From positions 2,480,001 through 2,544,000 of the forward strand of contig CATNEN010000025.1 in NCBI GenBank assembly GCA_950097015.1: 64,000 nt of DNA. Reading direction: 5' to 3'. This DNA comes from Macrostomum hystrix. Lineage: Eukaryota > Animalia > Platyhelminthes. Positions 1-12,299 of the stretch are shown piece by piece. How positions within the stretch are numbered: position 1 is the stretch's first letter; each line of letters begins with the position of its first letter. The notes below the pieces were generated by a model, which worked only from the letters and a program-made list of their open reading frames with translations, was not told where the DNA came from and searched no databases. The position numbers and the translations under genes are program-made.

Positions 1-482
1 TATAGTTGGAAGCCATGGGAGCTAATAAGACCTACAATAAAAGCGTAAAAGCGTAGGATTAAAATATATAAATATTTCTGAACGCTTCAGCTGCTGTTTT
101 TGATTCTGAGCTGTCGATAAGAAACTTCAAAAAAGTAAAAAATGTTCTTCTAAGAGAATTAAAAAATATACAATGTCAAACGGTAAAATACGTAAATATA
201 TCAAAATAGGAAGACACAATGTCTTAATTTTATTGAGATTCGGATGCATAATATAAAACAATAAAAGCAGAAAAAAACTTTGAATTTATTAACGATTGTT
301 TAACTTCCTCGAAAAAATGGTGTACGCACATAATGAAACGTAAATTCAATCACTATTTTTATAATCTACGCACTTTCGACCCAAATGCTTGTTGCTGATT
401 GTTTTTTTTGAAAATTTTCTTTCATGATCCTTAGTATTCACAATTTAGATATAAATTATACCTAAGCCCAGTTAACCCAGAT

Positions 483-720
483 CTGCAGCTATTGTGGCGC
501 TCCCAAAGGCAGAGTACATCTGTTCAGTCCGTGGACTGGGGAGTCAGTAACACCCCAATAAGTATCAACCCTCCTATAAAGTTGCTGGTGCCAATTTTAC
601 AGCTGGTTGAACTGAAACACCAGGGCAGAAACAGACAATGACAGATTCTGATAGGCTGAGATTCGAACCCCCAACCTCTCGGTGAGAAATTCGAGCTCTA
701 ACTACCGGGCCACAAGCTAT
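483..720 (-). mobile_element. tRNA-derived SINE family A, diverged copy
   Basis: Minus-strand A-box-like TGGCCCGGTAGTTAGAGC, B-box GGTTCGAATC and the family 3' motif CAGTCCACGGACTGAACA. Confidence 0.7.
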
Positions 721-1095
721 CCCTGGTCGGTGCAAGTAAAATAATTTATAAAATAATTATACAAACTTGAAAGAGGCAACAAAAAAACACCGGAAAACAT
801 TTCCAGTTATGAAAAGCAGCTAATCCAAGCGATTAAGCTTGATGAAAAAAAATATAAGGGCGATTTTGTCTAGTATCTACCAAGCTAAAGCGTCTAAAAA
901 ACCGTTTTCACTACAGTGTTACTAACAGTAGACACAACGCTCGCTATAGCGCAATTTTCTTTCAAAGCTCAAATCAAACTAACAAAAGTTCAAATCGGAC
1001 CCACTTTCTTAAGCGGATCCACATCAGCAGGAAATACAATGACACCAGTTAAATCACGCCTACTTGTTGCTAGTCTATCCAGCAGTTGACTTTGA

Positions 1096-4000
1096 TCAGA
1101 TCGGTGGCAGAGTGCCACCTCGAGACCCTCGGTCGCCTAGTGGGCCCGAACGCATCCACTCGGGCTCCGGCACGTCTGCTGGCTCGTCACCGGCAACAGC
1201 GGCATCGGGCGCTGGAAAATGAGCCATCGACGATGACTCGCTCCGGTAGTTGTCGTAGTCATCGTCAGGATTGTCCGCGCCACGGTTAGCCGTCACCACC
1301 ACCGCCACCGGAGCCTCCACGGTTTCTTGGCCGTCAGCAATGTCGTAGGAGTTAAGATTGTCCAAGCCGTCGTTGAAACCGCCGACTACCAGTAGTCGGG
1401 CAGCGCCGCCGGAGTCGCTGCCGGAATCGGCGGCGATGGCGGCGGCAGCCGTTGGCAGAACCACGCCAGAGTCCCAGTCGCTGTCGCTGCTGCCGTTGCT
1501 TCCTCCACTCCTGTTGCCGCCGTGATCAACTAAACCGAAATTGGTAGCAGTTGTGCTGTTCGCCGATGCGGATACAGAGTTGGAGCGCTGATCCGGCACA
1601 GTGAAGACTGAGAAGTCCGTGAACTGACGACCGTCAGCTAAGTCGGCTGTTCTCTTTTGGACCTCATCTTGTTCGGCCATCCCGTTGGCCGCAGCGAAGC
1701 TGATGACGCCAATCTGCAGGCGAGGGACCGGGGATGGATGGGTGATTGTAGCTACTGGTTGTAGCATTTCAGTGTAATCTGCAGGCGTTTTTTCCGAGCT
1801 GGGACTTCGAAATATTTGTGCTTTTTAGATGGGATGTGAAGGCGTGTGGACTTTGGATGGGATCTGAAGACGTGTTGATTCTGGATGGGATCTGAAGGCG
1901 TGTTGACTCTGTACTGTATGGATCTGAAAGTGTGTGGACTTTGGATGGGATCTAAAGGCTTGTGGACTTTAGATGGGATCTGAAGGCTTGTGGACTTTAG
2001 ATGGGATCTGAAGGCGTGTGGACTTTGGATGGGATCTGAAGACGTGTTGATTCTGGATGGGATCTGAAGGCGTGTTGATTCTGGATGGGATCTGAAGACG
2101 TGTTGATTCTGGATGGGATCTGAAGACGTGTTGATTCTGGATGGGATCTGAAGACGTGTTGATTCTGGATGGGATCTGAAGGCGTGTTGACTCTGTACTG
2201 TATGGATCTGAAAGTGTGTGGACTTTGGATGGGATCTAAAGGCTTGTGGACTTTGGATGGGATCTGAAGGCGTGTGGACTTTGGATGGGATCTGAAGGCG
2301 TGTGGACTTTGGATGGGATCTGAAGGCGTGTGGACTTTGGATGGGATCTGAAGGCTTGTGGACTTTGGATGGGATCTGAAGGTGTGTGGACTTTAGATGG
2401 GATCTGAAGGCGTGTGGACTTTAGATGGGATCTGAAAGCTTGTGGACTTTGGACCATAGACATCGAAAATGATGGCGTGGCGCACGACAGAAAGTTTTGC
2501 ACAAGTTTGAATTTGGTTAATTTTCATGAGATGTTATAATTATAGTTCTGTTCGAGTACATGTTACCCTACTGCAGTTGAGGAGACAACTTTGAAACTGT
2601 TTGTGATAGTTTCAAATTTATTTAACTGCTTCATTTTTCATGTAAGTAAAGCGTCTATAAATTATTTTTTTCTGTTACTCTTGCCGGCAGCTGAAAACTG
2701 TTGTTTGAACAACTCCTAAGACTTTGTGGACACCCTCGTATCTTCCCAGACCTTCTTAGAAGGAACGTAAGAAATAATAAGTGTAGCCTTGATGTCATAT
2801 TAACATCAATGATCTAATACTCGTACATTGATTCAGCAATGGGTAAGGAATATTCACAATGATTCCTGGCATTAAGAATGCTCCACTATAGTTTTCGTAC
2901 ACTACAATGCTTGGCATTATTTCTCTTCAACTAGCATTGAAAAGCAATGCGACTAGCCCAGGCTCTGCAAACAATGACCGTCAGCAGCTAGATGGGTATG
3001 GGCAGGTAGGGCAGGTAGGGCAGGTAGGGCAGGTAGGGCAGGCTTGACAACCATATGGACCAACTGAATACAAATACCGAATGTGTAAAGCTAGAAACAG
3101 TCCTCCCAGTGTGAGTTGGTCTGCTAAATTTCTAACATATTGAGCCTGCAGGAATAAGTGCGGCTTGAGCAGCTAAGAGTAAAACACAAAATATGCGCTC
3201 ATTATGGTACATTACTCTAGGACCACTAATAGACCTTCTGTCATTGCAGCTAGCCACCAAATGTCACAAGTGGAAAGTAATGAAATGCCTTAGAATGCTT
3301 CTTACTGTATTAAAAATGCTTTAAGATGCGTTTTTGCCAGACGTCTTCATCTTACCTGGGTAGTTTTGATGTGGAAGGGGAAGTTCTTGTTGGCCAGACT
3401 AGGCCAGGTGAGGACCAGGTAGAAAACGTGCGCCAAGAACAGCGAGATGACCTCGATGAAGTTGACCACCTTGGCCCGCGTGTAGTCTGGCACCTGCTGG
3501 ATGTTGATGACCACCGTGACGGGAATGGCGATGAACCAGAGGCTGTAGAAAACTAGCATGGGCGCATAGAAGGCCAGCTTCTTCTTGTGCTTGGACATTG
3601 TGAAGATGCAGCTGGCCAGGAAGAACAGCCAGGACGCCAGAATGATGGCCATGAGGCCGTAGCCTGGCGAGCTCTCGTATCGGTAGAGCACGAGCGCCGG
3701 GTCGAACGTCGCCGCCTCGACTATGTACAGAGCGACGTTTGTGATCACGAATGACGTCATGAAGACTGAGAGGCAGATGACGCCCCAGTGAGGGAGGCGA
3801 CCGCAGACCACGGTGTAGCCGAGACTCAGCAGCAGCAGCATCAGCACCAGCAGGATCTGGGACGTCGCGTACAGGGCCGACGCTGCGGGGGGTGGTGAGT
3901 GAGCGCTGTAAGTTGGCTGGCTGGTGAGAATCATAATAATGTTCAACTACAGTCGACTAGTGGCCGATAAGAAAGCAATATTGCATACCCCTAAGCACAC

Positions 4001-6539
4001 ACTCTAGGCTTCCTCATGGTCAGGCGGGTTGGCACTCGTGGGTGCAAATTGCACGAAACTTAGTGCGACATCGCAGAGGATCGAGCTCGTGGATTCATAA
4101 TAATGATAATCATAATTTGGTGACCCTGGACCCGAAGCCAGCGAGGAGGCAATTCTGCCCATTTCGCTAACTCCTTAGCACACACGCACACAGGTGTGTA
4201 CATCTGCCCTGACTTTCTCATCGTCAGGCAGTGTATACTTTCACTGTGCCTTGGAGGTGGGGCCTTCAAGGGCGTAAATTGCACGAAAAGCCCCCAAGCC
4301 TTCTCTCAGCGGCTGCGCCCCAAATAAATGTGGCCTCGCCTCGGAATCGAGCTTAGGGACCTTGGTGCGAGAGGCAAACGCGTTTACCGTTAGCCACTCA
4401 CCCCCTGAGTAGTCTTGTGTCCTTTTTCATTTTAGCCAGTTTAGTTTGTAAATAAAATCGTATTCATCCTTCAATTCTTAATAAAGATTAAGTTAAGAAA
4501 CTAAGTAGTTAAGATATTTAGAATACTTTAAATACTTTCAGTCTGTATTACCTTCAGCTGTTCAGTCCGCGGACTGGGACTGCAATACCAACACTAACTT
4601 TCTACCCCAGTTACGAGTTCCGGTAGAATTCTTAACAGCTACCATGGTGGATTTCTACCGGTCTCTACTCAATTGAAACAACAGCCAAATAGGTTCAATA
4701 CCGAAAACATCCATACTTTGGTAATGCCATTTCCTATTAAATAGTCAGTTCGCTTCACCTCACTTCATAGGATTTCTGTTTTCATTTACTATGCATTTAG
4801 CGGTGTTCAAATCGAAGAACGAAAAATCTGTTCGGCAGGTACTCACCAAAGTACTTTAATCCAGAGTTTTCAAAGCCATTGGTGGCGTAGCTCAGATATG
4901 CAGCGCAGGTGACAATTATGGAGGCAAAGAAGAAGACAACAGAACACAGAAAGATTTTATATGAGGAATGAAACATCTGCATGTTGGTCAGTTTCACTGA
5001 AAAGTATAGGTTTATTTTCAATTTGTTAGGCTACGTGAAGCGATAATTCAAATATGTCAGAGACTAGATCGAGACATAGGCCTACCGCTGACGACAACTA
5101 CCAGAACCACCATCAGAAGTTCAATGAAGAAGAAGGCAATGTTAAATTCCAGGATGTCTGCGTATGAAAGTATGGATGAATTTACTAGTAACTGTTTTAA
5201 TTAAGGCCAATGGATAGTTTAGATACTACGAATACATTGTTTTAAATCTCTCAGTTCGCTTACATATCTCGTCGGCGGAAAAGTGCTCGCGAAATAAATC
5301 TCCCGGATTACCGTTGCGCATGATGACGTCATACTTCATAAAGAGGCCCTGAATGAAATTTATAAAAAAATAACGATCTTGTGTAAAAAAAATAGACTCA
5401 TAAGCCACCGGTATCGAGTGTTTAATAACAAACTTTATCTGCGAGGCAGTTGGAAATCGCCAGGAACCACCAGCGTTCCCGAGCTGACAGGAATGTGATT
5501 CTTTCCGTTGCGCACACAACAGTGTTATTGTTCTCTATGAAGCAGAATGGCAATGCTGTATTCAATCTAAATATCTGAGAGCTTCTAATGTCCAGCAAGG
5601 CCTCCTTCTGGCTGCATGTCTGCAATTTGAAAGAAGAATGATAATTTTTAGATGATAAAACGTGATGACCTTTTAATGATTGACATACCTTATTATTATT
5701 TTGCTATTTTTTAATATGAAAAAGGAAAATGATGCAATAGAAGAAACTTTCATTCTATTTTTTACAAAATTACAATTCACAAAATGTTCTTTTTTCATGT
5801 ACATCACATTAAATTAAATTAGATTAAAAATAAAATGGTGTCAAGTTGTGTTTTTTAGAGTAGCTATAAAAACAAAATCTTAATTTAATATCAGAAACAA
5901 CTCTTCAACATTGGCACACACAATTTTATTTTTGGCATTAATTAAAAATAATTTACACTAACCATGCTTTTATTCGAGTATGCAGATCTCCATAGATTCG
6001 GCTTGTCCCAGTAAAGCAGAAGGCTCTGAGTCAGGTATGACTATAAAGGAGACAAGAAGTTGGCTATATTATATTTTCATTTCTGCCTTTGCCTTTATTT
6101 GTTAGTTAACTGTTCAAAAATCAACACTTACCATCGGATAAGTGAAGTAAAATTGAAGCGTACCAGTGCCATTTAGAAAGCAGAATCTTGTTAGAAATTT
6201 CCAGTTCTGTAATAGTATACTTTTCTTGTTTTTGATTTAAAAAATATGAAAGTTGCAATGAAATGTAATTTTAGGAATAAGGTAAAATCGTTCCATAATT
6301 TTAACACGTTTCGGTAGAAATATTCGAAATCGCTGTGAAACTATGGATTGCATTGATAGGAACAAAGAATTAAATTCGTTAAACAACCTGATAGTTTTAT
6401 AAGCGGATTACCCAAATTGGACGAAAATGTTTACCTCGCTTGTAGACGTTTCGAGGAGACCTTGAAGTCGCTTACCGTGAGCAACTTGAATCGTAATAAA
6501 TATACAAACAAACGAGAGGAATGCAACGCCGAATCGCAT
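1096..6539 (-). CDS. TMEM145: Transmembrane protein 145 (GPR180/TMEM145 family, 7TM), 9 exons, about 631 aa
   Basis: Exons (minus): 6539-6435, 6206-6132, 6040-5963, 5619-5434, 5348-5264, 5157-5086, 4996-4847, 3882-3356, 1713-1096. All introns are GT-AG with matching phases; total 1896 nt. Signal peptide [22 protein letters not shown]. Motifs [47 protein letters not shown] and [18 protein letters not shown] match my recollection of vertebrate TMEM145. Confidence 0.93.
1815..2452. repeat. 28-bp minisatellite (GGATGGGATCTGAAGGCGTGTGGACTTT) in TMEM145 intron 8
   Basis: Direct tandem repeats with variant units. Confidence 0.95.
3000..3043. repeat. 9-bp repeat (GGCAGGTAG)n
   Basis: About five tandem copies. 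Confidence 0.9.
4096..4410 (-). mobile_element. tRNA-derived SINE family B, in TMEM145 intron 7
   Basis: Reverse complement is nearly identical to 58115-58470: tRNA-like head, CTGCCTGACGATGAGAAAGTCAGGGCAG hairpin, 3' stem-loop and (ATT)n-like tail. Confidence 0.8.
4555..4620 (-). mobile_element. SINE family A 3' fragment
   Basis: CAGCTGTTCAGTCCGCGGACTGGG matches the family 3' palindrome region. Confidence 0.5.
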
Positions 6540-8075
6540 CTTTAGGTGGAATTACAGAAATGAATTATATATTTCATTTATTAGGAGCTACAGAGCTATT
6601 CCACACAATACGCCTGTACGGGGAGTTTGCGTGTTTAACCGTTTCACAGTAAATTAAGTTAAATAATAACAAAAAAATAGTGATTAAAAAACTAGATACT
6701 AGTGTACACAACAACTTTTTTATCTAATCATTTAAGTCATGCTATAAAATTTCATTTAAACAGTTGTAAAACCATTTAAAAAGCAAACAGTTGTGAGAAT
6801 AATTTGCAGCTGTAAAACGTTTTACTTATTGCTTTGTTTTTTTCGACAACTAGCTACGCTTTACGGGGGTATTCTTATGTGTCCAGAGCGACTCGGTGAC
6901 TATTTGACGATTCATGCATATTTTAATTGAATACCGAGTATTCATAATCAGAACTATTAATATGCAGAATATTAGATCGAACGTAGCTTAATTTGTATTT
7001 CATAAATCTGTCTAAATTAAAATGTTTTAGGTGTCAATACTCAATACTGTAAGAATCCTAGCTGTAAACACTTTATAGGTGCGCGCAGTAGTTGCTCTAG
7101 TAATCTCAGGCCTTAAAAGGCCATTGCGTCAATGCGTCACAGGCAAATTACAGCTTTTGCTACTGGTCCTTGCTTTAGCATCACATGTGATTTATAGATT
7201 TTTCATTCTTAATCACGTACAATTCAAAAGGAACTCAAAGCTGTATTTCCCAAATAAGTATGAAAGTTTTTTGTATTTTTTAATAAGAAGCCGGATGCTT
7301 CAAAAGATTAAATACAACTTTTTAATTAATGAACGAATTTGCGTTATTTTGATATTTTCGAAAAAGGAAATTACGGGCACACGTTAATTAAAAAATGGTA
7401 TCTAACTCAGATTGATTCCTGTAAAAAATCTAGGTCCATTCTATTCTCACAAAAAATGTATAAATGTCAACAAACGAAACTCAGATAAAATAACCAAATG
7501 TCATGTTTTGTTGCAGGTAGTGAAAAAATTGCTTGAAAACAGCCGATTTAAAAAGCACAATTTACGAGCCAGCTCGACTGCTGCACATTTGTTTTTTTAA
7601 TCTGGATTCAAATATAAAAAAGCAACACACATGGACCGAGTTTTAACAAAAAACTTGCTGAATAGAATGTTGCATTGATTTAAACATAAATGTTAACAGC
7701 GCAGTTAAAATCTCCAATCCTCAAGGATTTGCCGGCAAAGCATTTAGACTTACATTGAAGATCTAAAACTAACGTAAACTGCACTGGCTGGTGAAGATTC
7801 AAATGAAAAATCCGGCCTAAACCTATGGGATAGGATGCAGAAATTTAGGTGCACCTCCTGGGCCAATTGCGTCAGTAGGAGCTGAGGAAACTTGGCTCAG
7901 TGAAGAGGGAAGAATGTTTGCTATTATGGACTGAATTTTAGATGAGGCAGGCATCTTATTTTTGCGGAATAAATTTCAGAAACATTTTCTTGCTACAATA
8001 ACAGTAGCAAGTCAGCCGTAGCAGAAGAAGCGGAAATCTAAAAGTCTCTCAGGCCAGCCAGCCCCAACTGCAGAC

Positions 8076-9278
8076 ATGTTTGAGGGCTCATTTCTGCGCC
8101 GCGAATTCCTCTGGCATAGCAACGCCTGCGCGCCGCTGCTCCGCCTGCTGGAGTTAAACAGCAGCGGCTTCGATGGCGGCTTCGCCGACCGCTCCTGCAA
8201 CCAGAAGGACGTCCGCATGTCTGCAGTGTTCCTCCCAGTCAGCCTGGTTGGCCTACTTCTCAGCCTGCTGAGCACGGCGCTGTTCCTGCGCCAGAAGCAG
8301 CGGACCGCCTTCCGTCTGAGCCAGCTGAGCCTGTCATCAGTGATGAGTCTCTACCTGCTGTTCTCGACTGTGGACTTCGCCAATGTTTTAGCCGGCGCGT
8401 GTCAGTACTGGAGACAGCCGAATCGGCACGCCCAGGTGGTCGTCGGCGCGCTCGCCTGCCTTCTGGTGGACGCTCTGCTGTGCCTGCGCAACTGGTGCAC
8501 GGCCCTCATCGCTGCCCAACGAGCCGAAGCTGTTGCCTTCCCGCTGAGACCCAAGAAACTGCTTGACGGTAGAAACTTCCGAGCCAGCTTACTGGCCGTG
8601 GCGTTCGGCCTCTGCCTGCCATTGTCACTGATTCGCTCCCTGGCCGAGGCCATGGTCGTCTGCCACGGCTCCGGCGGCTACTCGGTTGCGAGCGTCGGTT
8701 ATCCGCTGTCCGAGCGACAGTCGAAAGGACTCGAATCCAGTCATAGGCAGCACTACAACTACCTGCTGGAGTCTGACTGGTTCGAACCATTCGAAGTCTA
8801 CGTGTTCTTCTCGGTCCAGACTGTCCTACCTGTGGTGGCCGTCATCTGCCTGTCGCTGTCGATGGCGCTGACGATGCTGTGCCGCCGGGGTGTGGCTGGC
8901 CCGGTACAGCCGACAGCCGGTAAGCGAATCAAAGCCAGGGCCAGCCGCACTGTACTGTGCCTGGCTGTGGTGTTCACACTGCTGCAGGCGCCAGTGTTTG
9001 TTGGCACTTTGCTCAGACACGCCGGTGCATTCGACGTTGAGTCATCATTTGGCAAGCACTTCCAGTTCATAGCCGAGCTCTGCCTGCTATCGGAAGCAAT
9101 CTGCAACACCTTTGTCTACGCCTACTTTGTGCCAGATTTTCGGATCTTCTTTTGGCGAGGGCTGCGCCGCTGCTGCTGCCCAGCTGAAGGCGTCGAAAAT
9201 ACGGATAATCGACGTCAACAGCTGACGGCGATCAGGCAGCAGCAGCTAGCGGAGCGTCGACCACTGGCAGTCACATGA
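8076..9278 (+). CDS. Intronless class A (rhodopsin-like) GPCR, orphan peptide-receptor-like
   Basis: 400-aa ORF with seven hydrophobic segments, TM3 NW...QRAEAVAFPL (DRY variant), TM3 and ECL2 cysteines, TM7 NTFVY (NPxxY variant) followed by an FR helix-8 motif and a CCC palmitoylation cluster. AATAAA at about 9308. The start could be Met 8076 or 8217. Confidence 0.88.
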   Translation: MFEGSFLRREFLWHSNACAPLLRLLELNSSGFDGGFADRSCNQKDVRMSAVFLPVSLVGLLLSLLSTALFLRQKQRTAFRLSQLSLSSVMSLYLLFSTVDFANVLAGACQYWRQPNRHAQVVVGALACLLVDALLCLRNWCTALIAAQRAEAVAFPLRPKKLLDGRNFRASLLAVAFGLCLPLSLIRSLAEAMVVCHGSGGYSVASVGYPLSERQSKGLESSHRQHYNYLLESDWFEPFEVYVFFSVQTVLPVVAVICLSLSMALTMLCRRGVAGPVQPTAGKRIKARASRTVLCLAVVFTLLQAPVFVGTLLRHAGAFDVESSFGKHFQFIAELCLLSEAICNTFVYAYFVPDFRIFFWRGLRRCCCPAEGVENTDNRRQQLTAIRQQQLAERRPLAVT

Positions 9279-9439
9279 GCTCACTGAAATTGAGCAATAT
9301 AACAAAAATAAACAAACTTTCTGTTGCATCAACAAAAATTGATTAAAGTTCTTTAATTTTGTGATGTCTTACTATGCAGCCCTTAGAAATAATGGTGGGG
9401 ACTGATTCTTGCAGAAATTAAGGTCACCGCAGTTCTGTC

Positions 9440-10000
9440 TCTGAAGCTGGCATCCGAAACTTCAGGGAACTGAAGCTGTCATCCGGAACTTCAGGGAACT
9501 GAAGCTGTCCTCCGGAACTTCAGGGAACTGAAGCTGTCTTTTGGAACTTCAGGGAACTGAAGCTATCATCCGGAACTTCAGGGAACTGAAGCTGTCATCC
9601 GGAACTTCAGGGAACTGAAGCTGTCATCCGGAACTTCAGGGAACTGAAGCTGTCATCCGGAACTTCAGGGAACTGAAGCTATCATCCGGAACTTCAGGGA
9701 ACTGAAGCTGTCTTTTGGAACTTCAGGGAACTGAAGCTGTCCTTCAGAACTTCAGGGAACTAAAGCTGTCTTTTGGAACTTCAGGGAACTGAAGCTGTCA
9801 TCCCTCACTTCTCGTGACTGAAGCTGTCCTCCTGAACTTCAGCGAACTGAAGCTGTCTTTTGGAACTTCAGCGAACTGAAGCTGTCTTTTGGAACTTCAG
9901 GGAACTGAAGCTGTCCTCCGGAACTTCAGGGAACTGAAGCTGTCCTCCGGAACTTCAGGGAACTGAAGCTGTCCTCCGGAACTTCAGGGAACTGAAGCCG
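9440..10000. repeat. 29-bp minisatellite with internal CTTCAG-GGAA-CTGAAG hairpin
   Basis: About 19 tandem units. Confidence 0.95.
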
Positions 10001-10194
10001 CATAGCTTTTCCGTTTTTTTCAAAAATGTCAAATTTGTTAATCAAATTTTTAACATTTTTTGTATAAACACAAAATGGTTACCGGATTAGCTATGATCAG
10101 AAATAATATAAACAGAAAACTATTCATTGAGACTAATCAATTTTCGTGAAAAAATTTCCTTATTTGGCTTCATCTTAGAAATTAGTCTTCAAGT

Positions 10195-11056
10195 TGTGCC
10201 GGTTTATCAATCAATATCAATAATTGTGACAGTTTATCAATCAATATCAATAATTGTGACAGTTTATCAATCAATATCAATAATTGTGACAGTTTATCAA
10301 TCAATATCAATAATTGTGACAGTTTATCAATCAATATCAATAATTGTGCCAGTTTATCAATCAATATCAAGAATTGTGACAGTTTATCAATCAATATCAA
10401 TAATTGTGACAGATTATCAATCAATATCATTAATTGTGACAGTTTATCAATCAATATCAATAATTGTGACAGTTTATCAATCAATATCAAGAATTGTGAC
10501 AGTTTATCAATCAATATCAATAATAGTACTTGTCTATCATCAATATCAAGAATTGTGACAGTTTATCAATAAATATCAATAATAGTGCTTGTCTATCATC
10601 AATATCAAGAATTGTGACAGTTTATCAATCAATATCAAGAATTGTGACAGTTTATCAATCAATATCAAGAATTGTGACAGTTTATCAATCAATATCAATA
10701 ATTGTGACAGTTTATCAATCAATATCAATAATTGTGACAGTTTATCAATCAATATCAAGAATTGTGACAGTTTATCAATCAATATCAATAATTGTGACAG
10801 TTTATCAATCAATATCAATAATTGTGACAGTTTATCAATCAATATCAATAATTGTGACAGTTTATCAATCAATATCAATAATAGTACTTGTCTATCATCA
10901 ATATCAATAATTGTGACAGTTTATCAATCAATATCAATAATCGTGCTTGTCTATCATCAATATCAAGAATTGTGACAGTTTATCAATCAATATCAATAAT
11001 CGTGCTTGTCTATCATCAATATCAAGAATTGTGACAGTTTATCAATCAATATCAAT
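10195..11056. repeat. 30-bp AT-rich minisatellite (GTGACAGTTTATCAATCAATATCAATAATT)
   Basis: Tandem repeats with shorter variant units. Confidence 0.95.
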
Positions 11057-11674
11057 TCCAGTAGTGAACTCTTATTATAGTATGCAGTTATTATTGACTA
11101 CAGAAATATCAATTTGAACCTTCTCCTTGAGAACCTTGAGGATATCGACAGAGATAATAGAATGGTCTCTATCCGGAGAGGAAGAGGACGATAGAGTTTC
11201 AAGGCACAGTGGTGAAATCTGAGAGCTAATTTTCGCCTTCATCTCGGATTGTACTTTCCAATTCTTCTCGGTTAAAATCTGAGAATATTTGCTCAGATTC
11301 CGTCTGTGCCAACAGGAAGCAAGCATAGACCCGAGTACTCAAGGTTATCCCCAATCTGCAGTACTCAGCTCTGCTAATCAAAAATGTGTCACGACTCTGG
11401 TCTCCTCTATTGATGGCTGCAGCTTCTGTGACATGACTTTGTTAATGCCAGCGTGAAAGAACTGGAACTTGATGGGAAACATATGTGAAAATCTAGGTTG
11501 ACAGATTGAAATCATTCGCTGACAGGCGGGCTTGAATATTCATAATTCAGTCAGCTAAAAATAATTTGATATTTACGCATCCGAAATTTCGATGACAAAT
11601 AAAACTTATTCACTTTACACTGGACATGGCGAAAGTGGAATTTTAGGAGAAGTGCTTCTCATAAATTGCTGCTG

Positions 11675-11820
11675 ACAAAACTGCTTCTCACAAAACTGCT
11701 TCTCACAAAACTGCTTCTCACAAAACTGCTTCTCACAAAACTGCTTCTCACAAAACTGCTTCTCACAAAACTGCTTCTCACAAAACTGCTTCTCACAAAA
11801 CTGCTTCTCACAAAACTGCT
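11675..11820. repeat. 15-bp minisatellite (CTGCTTCTCACAAAA)
   Basis: About 10 near-perfect copies. Confidence 0.95.
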
Positions 11821-11822
11821 TG

Positions 11823-11885
11823 TTGAGCTTGTAGCCAAGTGGTTGGAGCGTCGGACTTATGACCGAGTAGTCGAGAGTGGTTCGT
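11823..11885 (+). mobile_element. SINE family A tRNA-head fragment
   Basis: GTAGCCAAGTGGTTGGAGCGTCGGACTTATGAC resembles the head of the 34.2-kb copy. Confidence 0.5.
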
Positions 11886-12299
11886 GTTTCACTCGTCTCA
11901 CTCGAACTGTGCGATATGAACTAAAGAGTGCAGACTAGCTTACTAACTATCGGATCTGATATTCATCACAACTGTCTAGCCCTGAGCATACTTCACAGTA
12001 ACGAGTCAAAGGCTGATAAAAATTAGTTCATCTAACCATGCGAGAGGGTACTGTCCGTAGTGTTGCTAATAGTGAGTGCGTGTTCTCGCATTCGGGGTTT
12101 CAATTCAATTTGGTGTCAGAAAGCTCCAGTGTATATTGCCGACTGATATAGAACTCAAACTGATGCTTATAATAGATAGGATTAGCTGGAGGACAAAGCC
12201 CTGTCATCAAGCAATATCTTGTAGCAGTGCTCGTATCTTTGCAGCTTTTTGTCAAATAAGCCGAGTGTAAAATAACGACGAACTCGGCGGTTAATCGAA

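Noticed and set aside
9440-10000. Hairpin repeats as a CRISPR array (also 61.4-63.2 kb)
   Set aside because: No unique spacers, no cas genes, and a eukaryotic context.
11075-11326. Short non-repetitive ORFs (also 16865-17253, 19977-20162, 30771-31309, 33405-33757)
   Set aside because: No recognisable domain, splice framework or exon-like codon bias.
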